Positions 19,424 to 29,574 of a stretch of DNA of 56,371 nucleotides are shown one piece after another. How positions within the stretch are numbered: the stretch's first letter is position 1; every line of letters begins with the position of its first letter. The position numbers and the translations under genes are program-made. This stretch comes from an uncultured Gammaproteobacteria bacterium (GTDB lineage: Bacteria; Patescibacteriota; Microgenomatia; UBA8517). Below the pieces are notes generated by a model, which was given only the letters and a program-made list of their open reading frames with translations, was not told the origin of the DNA and did not search any database. The DNA lies in contig CAYXBV010000002.1 in the NCBI GenBank assembly GCA_964463425.1, positions 14,297 to 70,667 of the forward strand, given 5' to 3'.

Positions 19424-22400
19424 CTATTCTTGAGACAAGGTGGCTCTTTCCGGAGTCGTCGGAATAAGTCTTCCAATAATAACGTTTTCTTTTAATCCTC
19501 TAAGAAAATCCTCTCTCCCTAACAAAGCAGCCTCCGTAAGAACATCGGTTGTTTGTTCGAATGAAGCAGCCGACAACCATGATTCCGTATAAAGAGCTCT
19601 TCTTGTAATTCCCAAAATAACTTGTTGAGCTGAAGCAGGTTCTCCTCCGGCGGCCAATACCTTCTCGTTTTCTACCTCAAACCTTGCTTTCTCTAGTAAT
19701 TCTCCTGGTAGCAAAGGTGTGTCGCCTGAAGTAATGACCCTTACTTCATCGCTCATCTTTCTAATAATCACCTCAACGTGTTTATCGTTAATCGGAACTC
19801 CCTGAGATTCATAAACACCTTGAATTTCTCTTGCTAAGTATTTTTGAGCTGACCTTAATCCTCTAACAGCTAATATTTCCTTAATATCTAAGGATCCGGA
19901 AGCTAGTTGAGTTCCAACATCAACAAGTTGACCTTCCTCAACTGCGAGTTTGCTAGTTTTAGGAATAAGACATTCTCTTTCTTCTTTAGGTTTAACAGAT
20001 ACAGAAGTAATCGTTATCTTGTTACCAGCCTCTGTGTCGTCGATTCTTACTTTTCCTGATATTTCTGCCAAAGGTGAGAGAATTTTTGGCGTTCTTGATT
20101 CAAATAACTCTTCTATTCTTGGTAGTCCTTGAGTAACGTCAATTCCAACAACTCCTCCTGTGTGTTTTGTTCTCAAAGTAAGCTGCGTTCCTGGTTCACC
20201 AATTGATTGAGCGGCAATAACACCTACTGGTGTGCCCACTTCAACCATTTGTTTATTAGAAAGATCCAATCCATAACACTTGGCACACATACCATATCTA
20301 GCTGAACAAGTTAAAGGTGAACGAAGGACTACTTCTGCTATTCCAGCTTTATCAATCTTTTGAGCCATTTCTTCATCGATTATTTCTCCCTTTTTAACAA
20401 TTTTCTTTTTACCTTTAGGGTTCACTATAGCTTCGGCCGCCGCTCTTCCTATGATTCTTTTTATAAATGAATTTGGTCTTATCGATTTCTTTATTGTAAT
20501 TCCCTCATCAGTGCCACAATCTTCCATTCTGATCAAAACATCATGAGCAACATCAACCAATCTTCTAGTCAAATAACCAGCGTCTGCTGTTTTTAACGCA
20601 GTATCTGTTAATCCTTTTCTGGAACCTCTAGATGAAGTTACGTACTCGAATACAGAAAGCCCCTCTCTAAAGTTGCTCCTAATTGGAAGTTCAACAATTT
20701 TCCCTAAAGGATCAACAACAAGACCTCTGGCAGCAGCTAGCTGTTTTACTTGGTCTCGAGATGTTCGTCCTACTTTTGCATCAATAACAATCTTAAGAGT
20801 GTTGTTGGGGTCAAGAAGATCCCACGTTTTGTCTGCCAAATCTTCCGTTGTATCTATCCAAATCTCCTGAGAAAGTCTCTTTTTCTCTTCCTTGGTAATT
20901 AATCCTTGAGCAAAATTCTTTTCTATCTCTGTTATCTTTTTATCTGCCTCTTTCATTAATTTGGCCTTATCAGGATGAATTGTGGCATCGGAAACACCGA
21001 AGGAAATACCAGAAATTGTTCCCCCATAAAAGCCTAGTGTTTTAATAGCATCAATCATTTCGACTACAGCCGATTTTTCGACGGTGGCGTAGGCTTTAGT
21101 AAATAATTCTTTTATTACTGTTGAGCTTGCCGGTTTATTTACAAAATCAAAACCTTCAGGGAGGGTTTCGTTAAACAAAATTCTCCCAGCGGTTGTATCT
21201 ATCAATTCGCCTTTTATTCTGACCGTAATCTTTTGTCTCAATCCAATTCTTTCTGCTTGCCAGGCAGTAATTGCCTCTAACTCGTCTGTATAAACTGAGT
21301 TAGTTTTTTTAATTTTTTCATCTATTTTTGTTAAGTAATAAACACCAAGTGCCATCTCTTTGCTTGCAGGTGTTGAAACAGGTGATCCGTCAGCTGGTCG
21401 CAATAAATTAGACTCTGGAAGCATCAAATCCCTTGCTTCCTGAATGGCTTTCTTTGACAAAGGAACATGAACAGCCATTTGGTCACCGTCGAAATCAGCA
21501 TTGAAACCAGAACAAATAGCTGGATGAAGCCTGATAGCTGCACCCTCAATTAAGACTGGATAAAATGCTTGCATGGAAAGCTTATGGAGTGTTGGCGCAC
21601 GATTTAGTAAAACAGGATGGTCTTTGGTAATTTCTTCCAAAATATCAAATACCTCCGGAGGTTTCTTTTCTAACATGTTTTTTGCACTTTTTACGTTCGG
21701 TGCAATTCCCCTGGTTATCATTTCTCGTAATACAAAGGGTTTAAACATTTCTAGAGCCATATTTTTAGGTAAACCACACTGGTTAAGGTTTAATTCAGGT
21801 CCAACAATAATTACTGAACGACCAGAATAATCAACCCTCTTACCAAGAAGGTTTTGTCTAAATCTTCCCTGTTTCCCTTTAAGCATGTCTGACAACGACC
21901 TTAACGGTTGTCTACCTCGACCTCTTCTTGTTGCCTTTCTTTGTGAAGCATCAATTAAAGAATCAACTGATTCTTGAAGCATCCTTTTTTCGTTTCGTAA
22001 AATAATTTCTGGGGCACCAAGTGATATTAAATGTTTTAGACGATTGTTTCTATTAATCACTCTTCTGTAAAGATCATTTAAGTCACTTGTAGCAAATCTG
22101 CCACCAGAAAGCTGAACCATTGGTCTCAAATCTGGAGGCAAAACAGGAACTACCTTCATTATCACCCAAGCAGGATCAACCTTGGCCCGTCTAAGTCCGT
22201 CGATTATTCTAAGCCTTTTGGTAAGTTTTACATAACGAGCGCTTCCTGTTTTAACTTCATCTAATTCTGCCCTTAGAGCTACTGACAACTTGGCTAGGTC
22301 AACTTTTTCAATTGCAGCGCGGACTGCTTCTGCACCCATTTTAGCCTCAAAAAACTCGGTTGCCCCATGAATTGACAGTTCATCATATTCTTCTTCACTT

Positions 22401-23149
22401 AGAATAGACCAAACTTTTAGACTCTTAACAAGTGACGTTAGATTACTAAATAATTGCCCTGTTCTTTCGAGAGCTTCTGTCTCTTCTTCTTTAACTGCAG
22501 CCTCTCTTTTTCTTAAATCAAGATCTATTTCAGAAACAGTAAGCGCTAGTCTTTCTTTGTCTTTTATTTTACCTTTTGCTTTGTCTTTTGACTCCTTTGC
22601 CTCCTTTACAACATGTTCTTTTTGTTCTGCGTAAATTTCAGCAATTTCTTTTGCTCTCTCTTTTTCAGCAATTTCCAAATTCTTAATAGCTGTTTTACGA
22701 CCCTTTTCTTTTGCTTCTACAACCAAATATCTAGCAAAGTAGATAACTTGCTCAATTGCCCTAGGAGGTACACCTAAAATAAGAGATATCTTAGAAGGTG
22801 CACCCTTGAAAAACCAAACATGAACAACCGGAGTTGCTAAACTAATGTGGCCCATTCTTTCTCTTCTAACTCTAGACTGGGTTACTTCTACTCCACATTT
22901 ATCACAAACAACACCCTTGTATCTGATTCTTTTATACTTACCACAATAACACTCCCAGTCTTTTGCTGGTCCAAAAATACGTTCATCAAAAAGTCCATCT
23001 TTCTCTGGTTTTAGGGTTCTGTAATTTATTGTTTCTGGCTTAGTAACTTCCCCACGAGACCATTTCCTCATTTCTTCCGATGAAGCGAGCCTAATTCGCA
23101 AACTTTGAAAATCAGTAAGTGTTCTTAAATCTGATAGTGGTTCTGTCAT
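19424..23149 (-). CDS. rpoC: DNA-directed RNA polymerase subunit beta'
   Basis: 1241-aa ORF with zinc-binding [23 protein letters not shown], catalytic NADFDGDQM, and trigger-loop and bridge-helix regions. Confidence 0.97.
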   Translation of the reverse strand: MTEPLSDLRTLTDFQSLRIRLASSEEMRKWSRGEVTKPETINYRTLKPEKDGLFDERIFGPAKDWECYCGKYKRIRYKGVVCDKCGVEVTQSRVRRERMGHISLATPVVHVWFFKGAPSKISLILGVPPRAIEQVIYFARYLVVEAKEKGRKTAIKNLEIAEKERAKEIAEIYAEQKEHVVKEAKESKDKAKGKIKDKERLALTVSEIDLDLRKREAAVKEEETEALERTGQLFSNLTSLVKSLKVWSILSEEEYDELSIHGATEFFEAKMGAEAVRAAIEKVDLAKLSVALRAELDEVKTGSARYVKLTKRLRIIDGLRRAKVDPAWVIMKVVPVLPPDLRPMVQLSGGRFATSDLNDLYRRVINRNNRLKHLISLGAPEIILRNEKRMLQESVDSLIDASQRKATRRGRGRQPLRSLSDMLKGKQGRFRQNLLGKRVDYSGRSVIIVGPELNLNQCGLPKNMALEMFKPFVLREMITRGIAPNVKSAKNMLEKKPPEVFDILEEITKDHPVLLNRAPTLHKLSMQAFYPVLIEGAAIRLHPAICSGFNADFDGDQMAVHVPLSKKAIQEARDLMLPESNLLRPADGSPVSTPASKEMALGVYYLTKIDEKIKKTNSVYTDELEAITAWQAERIGLRQKITVRIKGELIDTTAGRILFNETLPEGFDFVNKPASSTVIKELFTKAYATVEKSAVVEMIDAIKTLGFYGGTISGISFGVSDATIHPDKAKLMKEADKKITEIEKNFAQGLITKEEKKRLSQEIWIDTTEDLADKTWDLLDPNNTLKIVIDAKVGRTSRDQVKQLAAARGLVVDPLGKIVELPIRSNFREGLSVFEYVTSSRGSRKGLTDTALKTADAGYLTRRLVDVAHDVLIRMEDCGTDEGITIKKSIRPNSFIKRIIGRAAAEAIVNPKGKKKIVKKGEIIDEEMAQKIDKAGIAEVVLRSPLTCSARYGMCAKCYGLDLSNKQMVEVGTPVGVIAAQSIGEPGTQLTLRTKHTGGVVGIDVTQGLPRIEELFESRTPKILSPLAEISGKVRIDDTEAGNKITITSVSVKPKEERECLIPKTSKLAVEEGQLVDVGTQLASGSLDIKEILAVRGLRSAQKYLAREIQGVYESQGVPINDKHVEVIIRKMSDEVRVITSGDTPLLPGELLEKARFEVENEKVLAAGGEPASAQQVILGITRRALYTESWLSAASFEQTTDVLTEAALLGREDFLRGLKENVIIGRLIPTTPERATLSQE

Positions 23150-23150
23150 G

Positions 23151-26100
23151 TTATTTTGAAACCTTCTTTTTTTTCTTCAAGTCTTCACTCTCGGCGCTTT
23201 TTACCTTTTTGTCAACATCTTTTTTCGTATTTTTCTTGGCCGAACTCTTTTTTACTTCTTCTTTTTCCGTCGATACTTCTTTTGGTACTGACCTTTTACC
23301 CTTTGCCTCCAAAGAAAGACCGAGAGCATTAAGTTCTCTTACCAAAACCTTGAAGCTCTCCGGGACTGTTGCTTCAGGAATTTCTACACCCTTGACTATT
23401 GCCTCAAAAGCGCGTGCTCTTCCAAGAATATCGTCAGACTTTATTGTTAACATTTCTTGTAATGTATAGGCTGCTCGATGTGCCTCCAGTGCCCAGACTT
23501 CCATTTCTCCCAATCTTTGTCCACCCATTTGTGCTTTTCCTCCGAGCGGCTGTTGTGTAACAAGAGAATATGGTCCTGTGCTTCGCGCATGAGTCTTGTC
23601 CTCAACCATATGCTTAAGTTTCAATATGTAGGCTATACCCACAACTGTTTCTTCTCCAAAATGTTCACCAGTTTTACCATCACAAAGCCTTGTTTTTCCG
23701 TGAATGGGAAGCCCAGCAGAGGATAGCTCTTTTTCAACAACATCTTCTCCAATTCTGTCGAATACTGGCAAAGCTGCTTTTTCTTCTTTCTCAAACAATG
23801 CCCAACCCAAATGGGTTTCTAAAAGTTGACCCAAATTCATTCTGGACAAAATGGAAAGTGGAGAAATAATTATATCCACAGGTCTTCCGTCTTTCATGTA
23901 TGGCATATCTGCGGCTGGCATTATCTTGGCAATAACCCCCTTGTTTCCATGACGACCAGCAATTTTGTCTCCAACATTAATTTTTCTTATCTGAGCAACC
24001 TTAACAAAAACCTTTTTTAAGGCTCCTGGGCCAAGATCGTCACCTTTTTCTCTATCCAATATCCTAACTCCGACCACAGTACCTCTTTCTCCGTGAGGAA
24101 CCCTAAGAGATGTATCTCTTACTTCTCTTGCTTTTTCACCAAATATGGCTCTGAGCAATCTTTCTTCTGCTGTTAATTCAGTTTCTCCTTTTGGAGCAAT
24201 CTTCCCCACTAAAATATCACTAGGTCCAACTTCGGCTCCAACAACAACTATTCCATCTTCAGCTAGGTTTGCTAATTCTGTTTCGGCAACGTTAGGAATA
24301 TCTCTGGTAAGCTCTTCTGGACCAAGTTTCGTATCAACTACTTCTGCGTTATATTCTTCAATATGAATCGATGTCAATAAATCATCCTTAACAAGCCTGT
24401 CAGAAACTAAAATGGCATCTTCAAATCCATATCCTTCGAAAGAAGCATAGGCAATAACAAGATTGCGCCCCAAAGCTAATTCTCCGCCTTCTATCGATGG
24501 ACCATCTGCCAACAAATCGCCCTTTTTAACCTTTTGTCCAGGCTTAGCAACAACTCTTTGGTTATAACTGGTTGATTGAGAAGTTCTCCTAAACTTCATT
24601 AAATCGTATACTTCCGTCTTTCCGTCGTCAGTGATTTTAACACTTTCTTTTTCCCCATTTTTATCCAGCTTTTTGCTTAATTTAACCTCGATTTTGTCTG
24701 CATCTGCATAAGTTACTGTTCCTGCGTGGCGCGCCCTAATAACCCTACCCATACCTTCTGCAATTGCCTTTTCCATCCCCGTTCCCACAATAGGTGATTC
24801 TGGACTAACTAATGGTACTGCCTGACATTGCATGTTTGATCCCATTAGAGCCCTGTTTCCTTCGTCGTGAGCTAAAAATGGAATTAAAGAAGCTGATGCG
24901 CCAATTACCTGCCTTGCGCTTATATCAACCAAGTCAACAAGATTAGTTGGCCCTTCAGAAACCGAACCTTTAAATCTAAAAGGTACTCTTTTTTCAATTA
25001 TGTATCCGTATCTATCCGTCGTTATGCCTGAATGGGTGATGTGATAATTTTCTTCATCATCAGCTGAAAAATAGATTATTTCGTCGGTTACTTTTATTTT
25101 CGTTGCTTTGTCTTTTTTGGTCTTTTCTACTTTTCTATAAGGAGTTTCAATAAAACCAAATTCATTAACCTTGGCATAAAGAGACAGGTAAGTAACAAGT
25201 CCGATATTTGGACCCTCAGGCGTTCTTACGGGGTCAATCCTTCCATATTGAGAGGAGTTAACATCACGAATGGAAAAAGAAGCTCTTTCTCGACTTATTC
25301 CTCCTGCTCCCAACACTGAAACTCTTCGAAGATTATCTATTTCACTTAAAGGATTTGTATCATCCAAAATTGTGGACAACTGATTACTTCGGAAAAATTC
25401 GTTAAGTGAAGCAATTAATGGCCTCGCGTTAATTAAATTAGCCGGAACAGGCCTGTCGTCTGGAGAAATAAGGCTCATTTTCTCTTTAACGGAACGTTCT
25501 AGTCTTAATAATCCAACTCTAAAAGCATTTGTTTCAACTAATTCTCCAACTCTTCTAAGTCTCCTGTTAGACAGATGGTCAATATCGTCAATTCTGCCTT
25601 CACCATTTTGGAGCCCGAGAAGATAACTGATGGCACCAATTATGTCTTGTCTTGTTAAAACCCATGTTGCCTTTTCATTTGGAAGCGATAATTTTAATCT
25701 CTTGTTAATCTTAAATCGACCAACTTTGCCTAACTCGTATCTCCTAGGTTCAAAAAACATGTTTTCAAAAAGGTTTTTTGCGTTTTCATATACGGCCGGT
25801 TCGCCTGGTCGCATTTTTTTGTATATTTCTATTAATGCTTCTTCTTTGTTTGTGGTCGGATCTTTTTCTAATGTTGCCTCTATATATTTATGGTCAACAT
25901 CTTTGTCTGCATCTTTAAAAATTGCAAGAATTTCCTTGTCTGTTTCAATTCCCATGGCTCGCAAGAAAGCTGTTGCAACCACTTTTCTTCTTCGATCAAT
26001 TCTGGCCGCAATCACGTTATTTTTCCCAACTTCAAATTCTAGCCAAGATCCATGTAGTGGACGCATTTCAGCTTTGTGAAGTATGCGCCCCGAAGATCGA

Positions 26101-26531
26101 TCAAGCTCTCCAGAAAAATATGCCCCAGGAGATCTTACTAACTGATTGATTACAGTTCGTTCAATACCATTAATAATGAATGTTCCCCTCTCTGTCATTT
26201 GAGGTACGTCGCCAAGAAAAACTTCTTGCGTTGTTTTTTTGCCGGTTTTTTTGTTTACTAAAGTAGCCGTAATCCTGAGGGGAGATGAGTATGTTATCCC
26301 TTTCGCTGAAGCTCGCTTAACACTAACTGCTGGGTCACCTAAAAATGTTTCACCCAAATGTAGCTCCCAGTTTTTACCAGTAAAATCACTAATTGGAGTA
26401 ATTTCGGTTATTTGTCTAGTAATACCTTCTTCTAAGAACCTCCCCCACGATTCTCTCTGAACAAGCGAGAGATCGAGTTCGGGCAAATTACCTTCTTTTT
26501 TACCAAAATTGCGACGTATGGTTTGGGCCAT
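23151..26531 (-). CDS. rpoB: DNA-directed RNA polymerase subunit beta (Lys-rich C-terminal tail)
   Basis: 1126-aa ORF with [28 protein letters not shown] and a rifampicin-cluster region. The last 50 or so aa are a K/E-rich tail. Only 1 nt separates it from rpoC. Confidence 0.97.
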   Translation of the reverse strand: MAQTIRRNFGKKEGNLPELDLSLVQRESWGRFLEEGITRQITEITPISDFTGKNWELHLGETFLGDPAVSVKRASAKGITYSSPLRITATLVNKKTGKKTTQEVFLGDVPQMTERGTFIINGIERTVINQLVRSPGAYFSGELDRSSGRILHKAEMRPLHGSWLEFEVGKNNVIAARIDRRRKVVATAFLRAMGIETDKEILAIFKDADKDVDHKYIEATLEKDPTTNKEEALIEIYKKMRPGEPAVYENAKNLFENMFFEPRRYELGKVGRFKINKRLKLSLPNEKATWVLTRQDIIGAISYLLGLQNGEGRIDDIDHLSNRRLRRVGELVETNAFRVGLLRLERSVKEKMSLISPDDRPVPANLINARPLIASLNEFFRSNQLSTILDDTNPLSEIDNLRRVSVLGAGGISRERASFSIRDVNSSQYGRIDPVRTPEGPNIGLVTYLSLYAKVNEFGFIETPYRKVEKTKKDKATKIKVTDEIIYFSADDEENYHITHSGITTDRYGYIIEKRVPFRFKGSVSEGPTNLVDLVDISARQVIGASASLIPFLAHDEGNRALMGSNMQCQAVPLVSPESPIVGTGMEKAIAEGMGRVIRARHAGTVTYADADKIEVKLSKKLDKNGEKESVKITDDGKTEVYDLMKFRRTSQSTSYNQRVVAKPGQKVKKGDLLADGPSIEGGELALGRNLVIAYASFEGYGFEDAILVSDRLVKDDLLTSIHIEEYNAEVVDTKLGPEELTRDIPNVAETELANLAEDGIVVVGAEVGPSDILVGKIAPKGETELTAEERLLRAIFGEKAREVRDTSLRVPHGERGTVVGVRILDREKGDDLGPGALKKVFVKVAQIRKINVGDKIAGRHGNKGVIAKIMPAADMPYMKDGRPVDIIISPLSILSRMNLGQLLETHLGWALFEKEEKAALPVFDRIGEDVVEKELSSAGLPIHGKTRLCDGKTGEHFGEETVVGIAYILKLKHMVEDKTHARSTGPYSLVTQQPLGGKAQMGGQRLGEMEVWALEAHRAAYTLQEMLTIKSDDILGRARAFEAIVKGVEIPEATVPESFKVLVRELNALGLSLEAKGKRSVPKEVSTEKEEVKKSSAKKNTKKDVDKKVKSAESEDLKKKKKVSK

Positions 26532-26565
26532 TAATTATAGTTTCTAAAGCAAAAAAATTGCAAGG

Positions 26566-26616
26566 AAAAAGCCCAAGAAAACTTGGGACAAAGATATTCA
26601 GCGTACTTATGTACGC
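26566..26616 (-). promoter_or_regulatory. rpoB leader hairpins, the second terminator-like
   Basis: Minus strand has GCGTAC-ATAA-GTACGC (26616-26601) and CCCAAG-TTTT-CTTGGG (26587-26572) followed by CTTTTTCC and a second T7 run. Confidence 0.5.
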
Positions 26617-26625
26617 CTAGCGTGG

Positions 26626-26653
26626 ATTATAGCACCGCAGACTTTCTTGTCAA
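26626..26653 (-). promoter_or_regulatory. near-consensus sigma70 promoter for rpoBC
   Basis: Minus strand reads TTGACA (26653-26648), 16 nt, TGcTATAAT (26634-26626). Confidence 0.7.
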
Positions 26654-26711
26654 CCATGTCTTTACTGTTAATTGTTGCAGTTACCTTCAACAATTAAATG
26701 TCGTGGCACGA

Positions 26712-27707
26712 CTATTTCCCTAAATATTTCCGCACATTTGAATTGTGTCCATCCAGTGTTTCCGCATAATGAATTTTTCCATCTCCGTCATGAAGATAGT
26801 ACAAATAAGAGGATTCGGTGGGATAAATTGCGGCCGAAATAGAAGATAAACTCGGATTGGCAATTGGAGCAGGCGGAAGCCCTGAGTATTTGTAAGTGTT
26901 GTAAGCTGAATTAATACTCAAATCCTCTCTTGTAATGGTGGGCCACCAATTGCACTCCGACCCCGCCCGACAATTTGCGCTTGCGATAGCATACTGAACG
27001 GTTGCGTCTACTTGAAGACCCATTCCAATTTCAAGCCTATTTAACAAAATCCCCGCAACGACAGATCTTTCTTCACCCTTTTGTGTTTCTCTTTCTATAA
27101 TTGAAGCTAAGGTGACAACTTGATCTAATGTGTATTTTGAAGCATTAATGTCTGCTTCCATTTGGGCATTAATTTTGCCATCAAAAATTGTGAGCATTTT
27201 ATTTGCAACTATTGAAGCGTTAACCGCTTTTGGGAAAAGATAGGTGTCGGGAAACAGAAAGCCTTCTCTGTTAGCAGTAATTGCCAAAAATTCTTGCCTA
27301 AAACTGTCTGCCTCTAATTCATCCCTCTTCAAAGCATCTATATACCTTTCGACCACTTCTTCTTGTCTTAACCCTTCTGGAATAGTTACCCATTCTTCGA
27401 CTGGTCCACTGGTTAACTGATCAACTATTTTAAATAAAGAAAAATTTGGAGCTAATAAATATTCCCCGGCTTGAATCCTTTTTGATTGAGCAGTCAACTG
27501 AACATAAAACTTAAAAGCGAGCGAACTTTTAACAAGGCTTTGGTCTGCCAATTTGTTTCCGATTCTTGAAGCGGAATATCCTTTGGGAATTATGAAACTC
27601 TGTAATTCCTTATTCGTAGAAACAGGTTTACTATTTTGATTCCACCAAAAAAAGCCGCCAAAAGTAAAAGAGATAATTAATAAAACTGGAATTATAAAAC
27701 GCTTCAT
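26712..27707 (-). CDS. mltG: endolytic murein transglycosylase MltG (YceG family)
   Basis: 331-aa ORF with an N-terminal TM and YceG motifs LASIIERET, GILLNRL, LQVDATVQY, YNTYKYSGLPPAPIANP and YLYYLHDGDGKIHYAET. Confidence 0.9.
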   Translation of the reverse strand: MKRFIIPVLLIISFTFGGFFWWNQNSKPVSTNKELQSFIIPKGYSASRIGNKLADQSLVKSSLAFKFYVQLTAQSKRIQAGEYLLAPNFSLFKIVDQLTSGPVEEWVTIPEGLRQEEVVERYIDALKRDELEADSFRQEFLAITANREGFLFPDTYLFPKAVNASIVANKMLTIFDGKINAQMEADINASKYTLDQVVTLASIIERETQKGEERSVVAGILLNRLEIGMGLQVDATVQYAIASANCRAGSECNWWPTITREDLSINSAYNTYKYSGLPPAPIANPSLSSISAAIYPTESSYLYYLHDGDGKIHYAETLDGHNSNVRKYLGK

Positions 27708-27714
27708 TTACACA

Positions 27715-27915
27715 CTATACTTCTTCGAGAAGGGCACGTCGATATTTCTTAGTTTTGGAATTATAAATAAATATCCTTCCGCATTCACACGTCACCCTTT
27801 CTGTTCCATCTCTTTGTTTTTCTCTTTTGCTACCCAATAATGGCTTTCCGCAACCAACACATCTTCCTTGAGAAAGGAACCAAGCCTGAATCGGAGCAAT
27901 TGCGTTCTTTAGCAT
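27715..27915 (-). CDS. small zinc-ribbon protein (66 aa), function unknown
   Basis: ORF with CVGC...(20 aa)...CEC cysteine pairs and a basic composition. Only 7 nt separate it from the mltG start. Confidence 0.6.
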   Translation of the reverse strand: MLKNAIAPIQAWFLSQGRCVGCGKPLLGSKREKQRDGTERVTCECGRIFIYNSKTKKYRRALLEEV

Positions 27916-27921
27916 AAGGCG

Positions 27922-27930
27922 AGTATAGCA
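27922..27930 (-). promoter_or_regulatory. extended -10 promoter placed 6 nt from the ATG of the 66-aa gene (leaderless candidate)
   Basis: Minus strand reads TGcTATACT-CGCCTT-ATG. The -35 (TTAAAA) is weak. Confidence 0.45.
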
Positions 27931-27952
27931 TAATTAGCCAATATTTTTAATC

Positions 27953-27990
27953 AAAAGAAAAAGCCCTGTGGATTAAATCATCACAGGGCT
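27953..27990 (-). terminator. rho-independent terminator after the receiver-domain gene
   Basis: Minus strand has AGCCCTGTG-(11-nt loop)-CACAGGGCT, a 9-bp perfect stem, followed by TTTTTCTTTT. It starts 19 nt after the stop codon at 28009. Confidence 0.8.
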
Positions 27991-28008
27991 TTAGCCATAA
28001 AGAGGAGG

Positions 28009-28407
28009 TTATTGTTTTTGAGCAGATTCATAGCGCTTAACCAAATTTTTTAGTCTCGCTACCATGCCCGTCGTTGTAAAGGGTTTCTCCATAAGGTCGT
28101 CCGCTCCTGCGTTGAGAATACTGGCATTACGTGACCGCTCCAAATTTGAAAGAACTAATATTGGAATTTTTGAATCTTTTGAAATGTCGTGTATGGCCTG
28201 AATAGTTCCAATCAGCGATACTCCCAAAAGAGGGTGTTCTAAAATAATAGTTTGCGGTTGAGTTTCCTGCAAATATTCCAAGAGTGCTTTCTTCGTGATA
28301 ACCCAATCGATTTCAACATCCTCCGGTTTCAAGTCTCGAGTCAGTTCTTTGTACCGTTCTTCATTTGAAGACAACATTACAGCAAGAATAGGTTCCGACA
28401 TTTTCAT
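28009..28407 (-). CDS. stand-alone atypical receiver (CheY-like) domain lacking the phosphoacceptor Asp
   Basis: 132-aa ORF with the REC layout. The acidic pair is replaced (AVMLSSNEE), and the phosphoacceptor position reads IILEHPLLG (Glu). The conserved Ser (ILVLSN) and Lys (MEKPF) are present. A GAGGAG SD favours a start at the third codon (28401). Confidence 0.7.
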   Translation of the reverse strand: MKMSEPILAVMLSSNEERYKELTRDLKPEDVEIDWVITKKALLEYLQETQPQTIILEHPLLGVSLIGTIQAIHDISKDSKIPILVLSNLERSRNASILNAGADDLMEKPFTTTGMVARLKNLVKRYESAQKQ

Positions 28408-28414
28408 CTCCTCT

Positions 28415-28429
28415 CTTTGATTATCAAAG
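28415..28429 (-). promoter_or_regulatory. 15-bp perfect palindrome (operator-like) between the promoter and SD of the receiver gene
   Basis: CTTTGATtATCAAAG is a 7+1+7 perfect inverted repeat directly upstream of the GAGGAG SD. Confidence 0.4.
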
Positions 28430-28466
28430 GGCTAATTTTATCAATTAATTAACTTGCAAGACACAG

Positions 28467-28495
28467 AATATAGCAAATATAAACACAAATTGCAA
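28467..28495 (-). promoter_or_regulatory. sigma70-type promoter for the receiver-domain gene
   Basis: Minus strand reads TTGCAA (28495-28490), a 17-nt spacer, then TGcTATATT (28475-28467). Confidence 0.6.
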
Positions 28496-28508
28496 TAATT
28501 ATGGGGTT

Positions 28509-28892
28509 TTAATTGGAGTCTAAGTAAGCCTCTAAAATTAAGGCAGCAGAGTATGCATCTTCCAATTCTTTTCTTTTTTTTCTTTTTATCCCCGCTTCTA
28601 ACGATAATTCCTGAGCGCTGCGTGTTGTTAATGTTTCGTCCTGAAAATACAAGGGAAGCTTAAACTCTGTTTTTAGTTTCTCTCCAAATCTTTTAGACTC
28701 TTCTCCCATCTCCCCTTCTGACACACCAACAACAAGTTTTTCAATTTTCTCCTCCTCAATTATCTTTCCCAACTCTTTTATAAGAGCTGTATTCGACGCA
28801 AAACGAATTACTCTATATGGCTCCGCTAGACGCGAGGTTGCCAAAGCAACGCCTATCTTTTTTTGTCCGTAATCAATTGCTAATATTCGCAT
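28509..28892 (-). CDS. ruvX: putative pre-16S rRNA nuclease / Holliday-junction-resolvase-like protein YqgF
   Basis: MRILAIDYGQKKIGVALA N-terminus with downstream DETLTTRSA and AAALILEAYL. The track ORF starts at a TTG (28913). The ATG at 28892 matches the family N-terminus. It overlaps the sortase 3' end. Confidence 0.85.
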   Translation of the reverse strand: MRILAIDYGQKKIGVALATSRLAEPYRVIRFASNTALIKELGKIIEEEKIEKLVVGVSEGEMGEESKRFGEKLKTEFKLPLYFQDETLTTRSAQELSLEAGIKRKKRKELEDAYSAALILEAYLDSN

Positions 28893-29556
28893 TTGTTTGT
28901 TCAAGAGGAGCAATTCTTGCTCTCACGATTAATCTTTTTGGTTTAAGTGGATGCCCCGGAGGGACACAGGTTACCAGTGTTAAAAACGAATCACTTTTAT
29001 CCTGTTCTAATACCTCTATGTCTGTTGGTAAAACTTCAAGCATTTTCTCTACTATATATTTATAGACAACGCCATCATAGTCAACTTGAATTTCGTCTCC
29101 ATCATCAAGAGTCGGAAGTGTTGAAAATATCGACAAATAATCTTCTGGATCATAAAACTGGGGCAATATTGAATGACCAAACACAACTGCGTTTCCGTTC
29201 TTCCCCGGCAAAGCAGTTCCCGGATACTGAACAAGGCTTCCTGATAAATCCTCTCCCCCTATTGTAACTGTTGCTTTTTTAATTCCTAGTTTAGAAATTG
29301 AAATTACATAGTGCGAGACGCTTGATATTGAAAAACTAGCGTCATCCGAATCGGCAAACCAATTACTAGCTTTTGTATAATCAACTTCTTCTAATGTGGC
29401 CTTTGAAGTACCTTGAACAATAGGGTTCAACAAAGTTGGATATTTTTGATTTGAAATAGACTGATAAGAAATAATGGGAAGTATAACGGAAACCAATATT
29501 ACTACTCCTGATATTCCAGAAACGACAGCGGCGATTTTTAATAACTTATTATCCAT
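28873..29556 (-). CDS. sortase-family transpeptidase
   Basis: 227-aa ORF with an N-terminal TM anchor, catalytic His (NAVVFGHS), Cys (FLTLVTCVPPG) and Arg (RLIVRA). Confidence 0.8.
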   Translation of the reverse strand: MDNKLLKIAAVVSGISGVVILVSVILPIISYQSISNQKYPTLLNPIVQGTSKATLEEVDYTKASNWFADSDDASFSISSVSHYVISISKLGIKKATVTIGGEDLSGSLVQYPGTALPGKNGNAVVFGHSILPQFYDPEDYLSIFSTLPTLDDGDEIQVDYDGVVYKYIVEKMLEVLPTDIEVLEQDKSDSFLTLVTCVPPGHPLKPKRLIVRARIAPLEQTNANISN

Positions 29557-29574
29557 ATTTACGGAAGTGTTTTA

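Noticed and set aside
26701-26712. A small hairpin, GTCGT-GCC-ACGAC, overlaps the mltG stop codon and could be a terminator.
   Set aside because: The stem is only 5 bp with a 3-nt loop, and the A/T-rich sequence that follows is not a clean U-tract. That is too weak to call.
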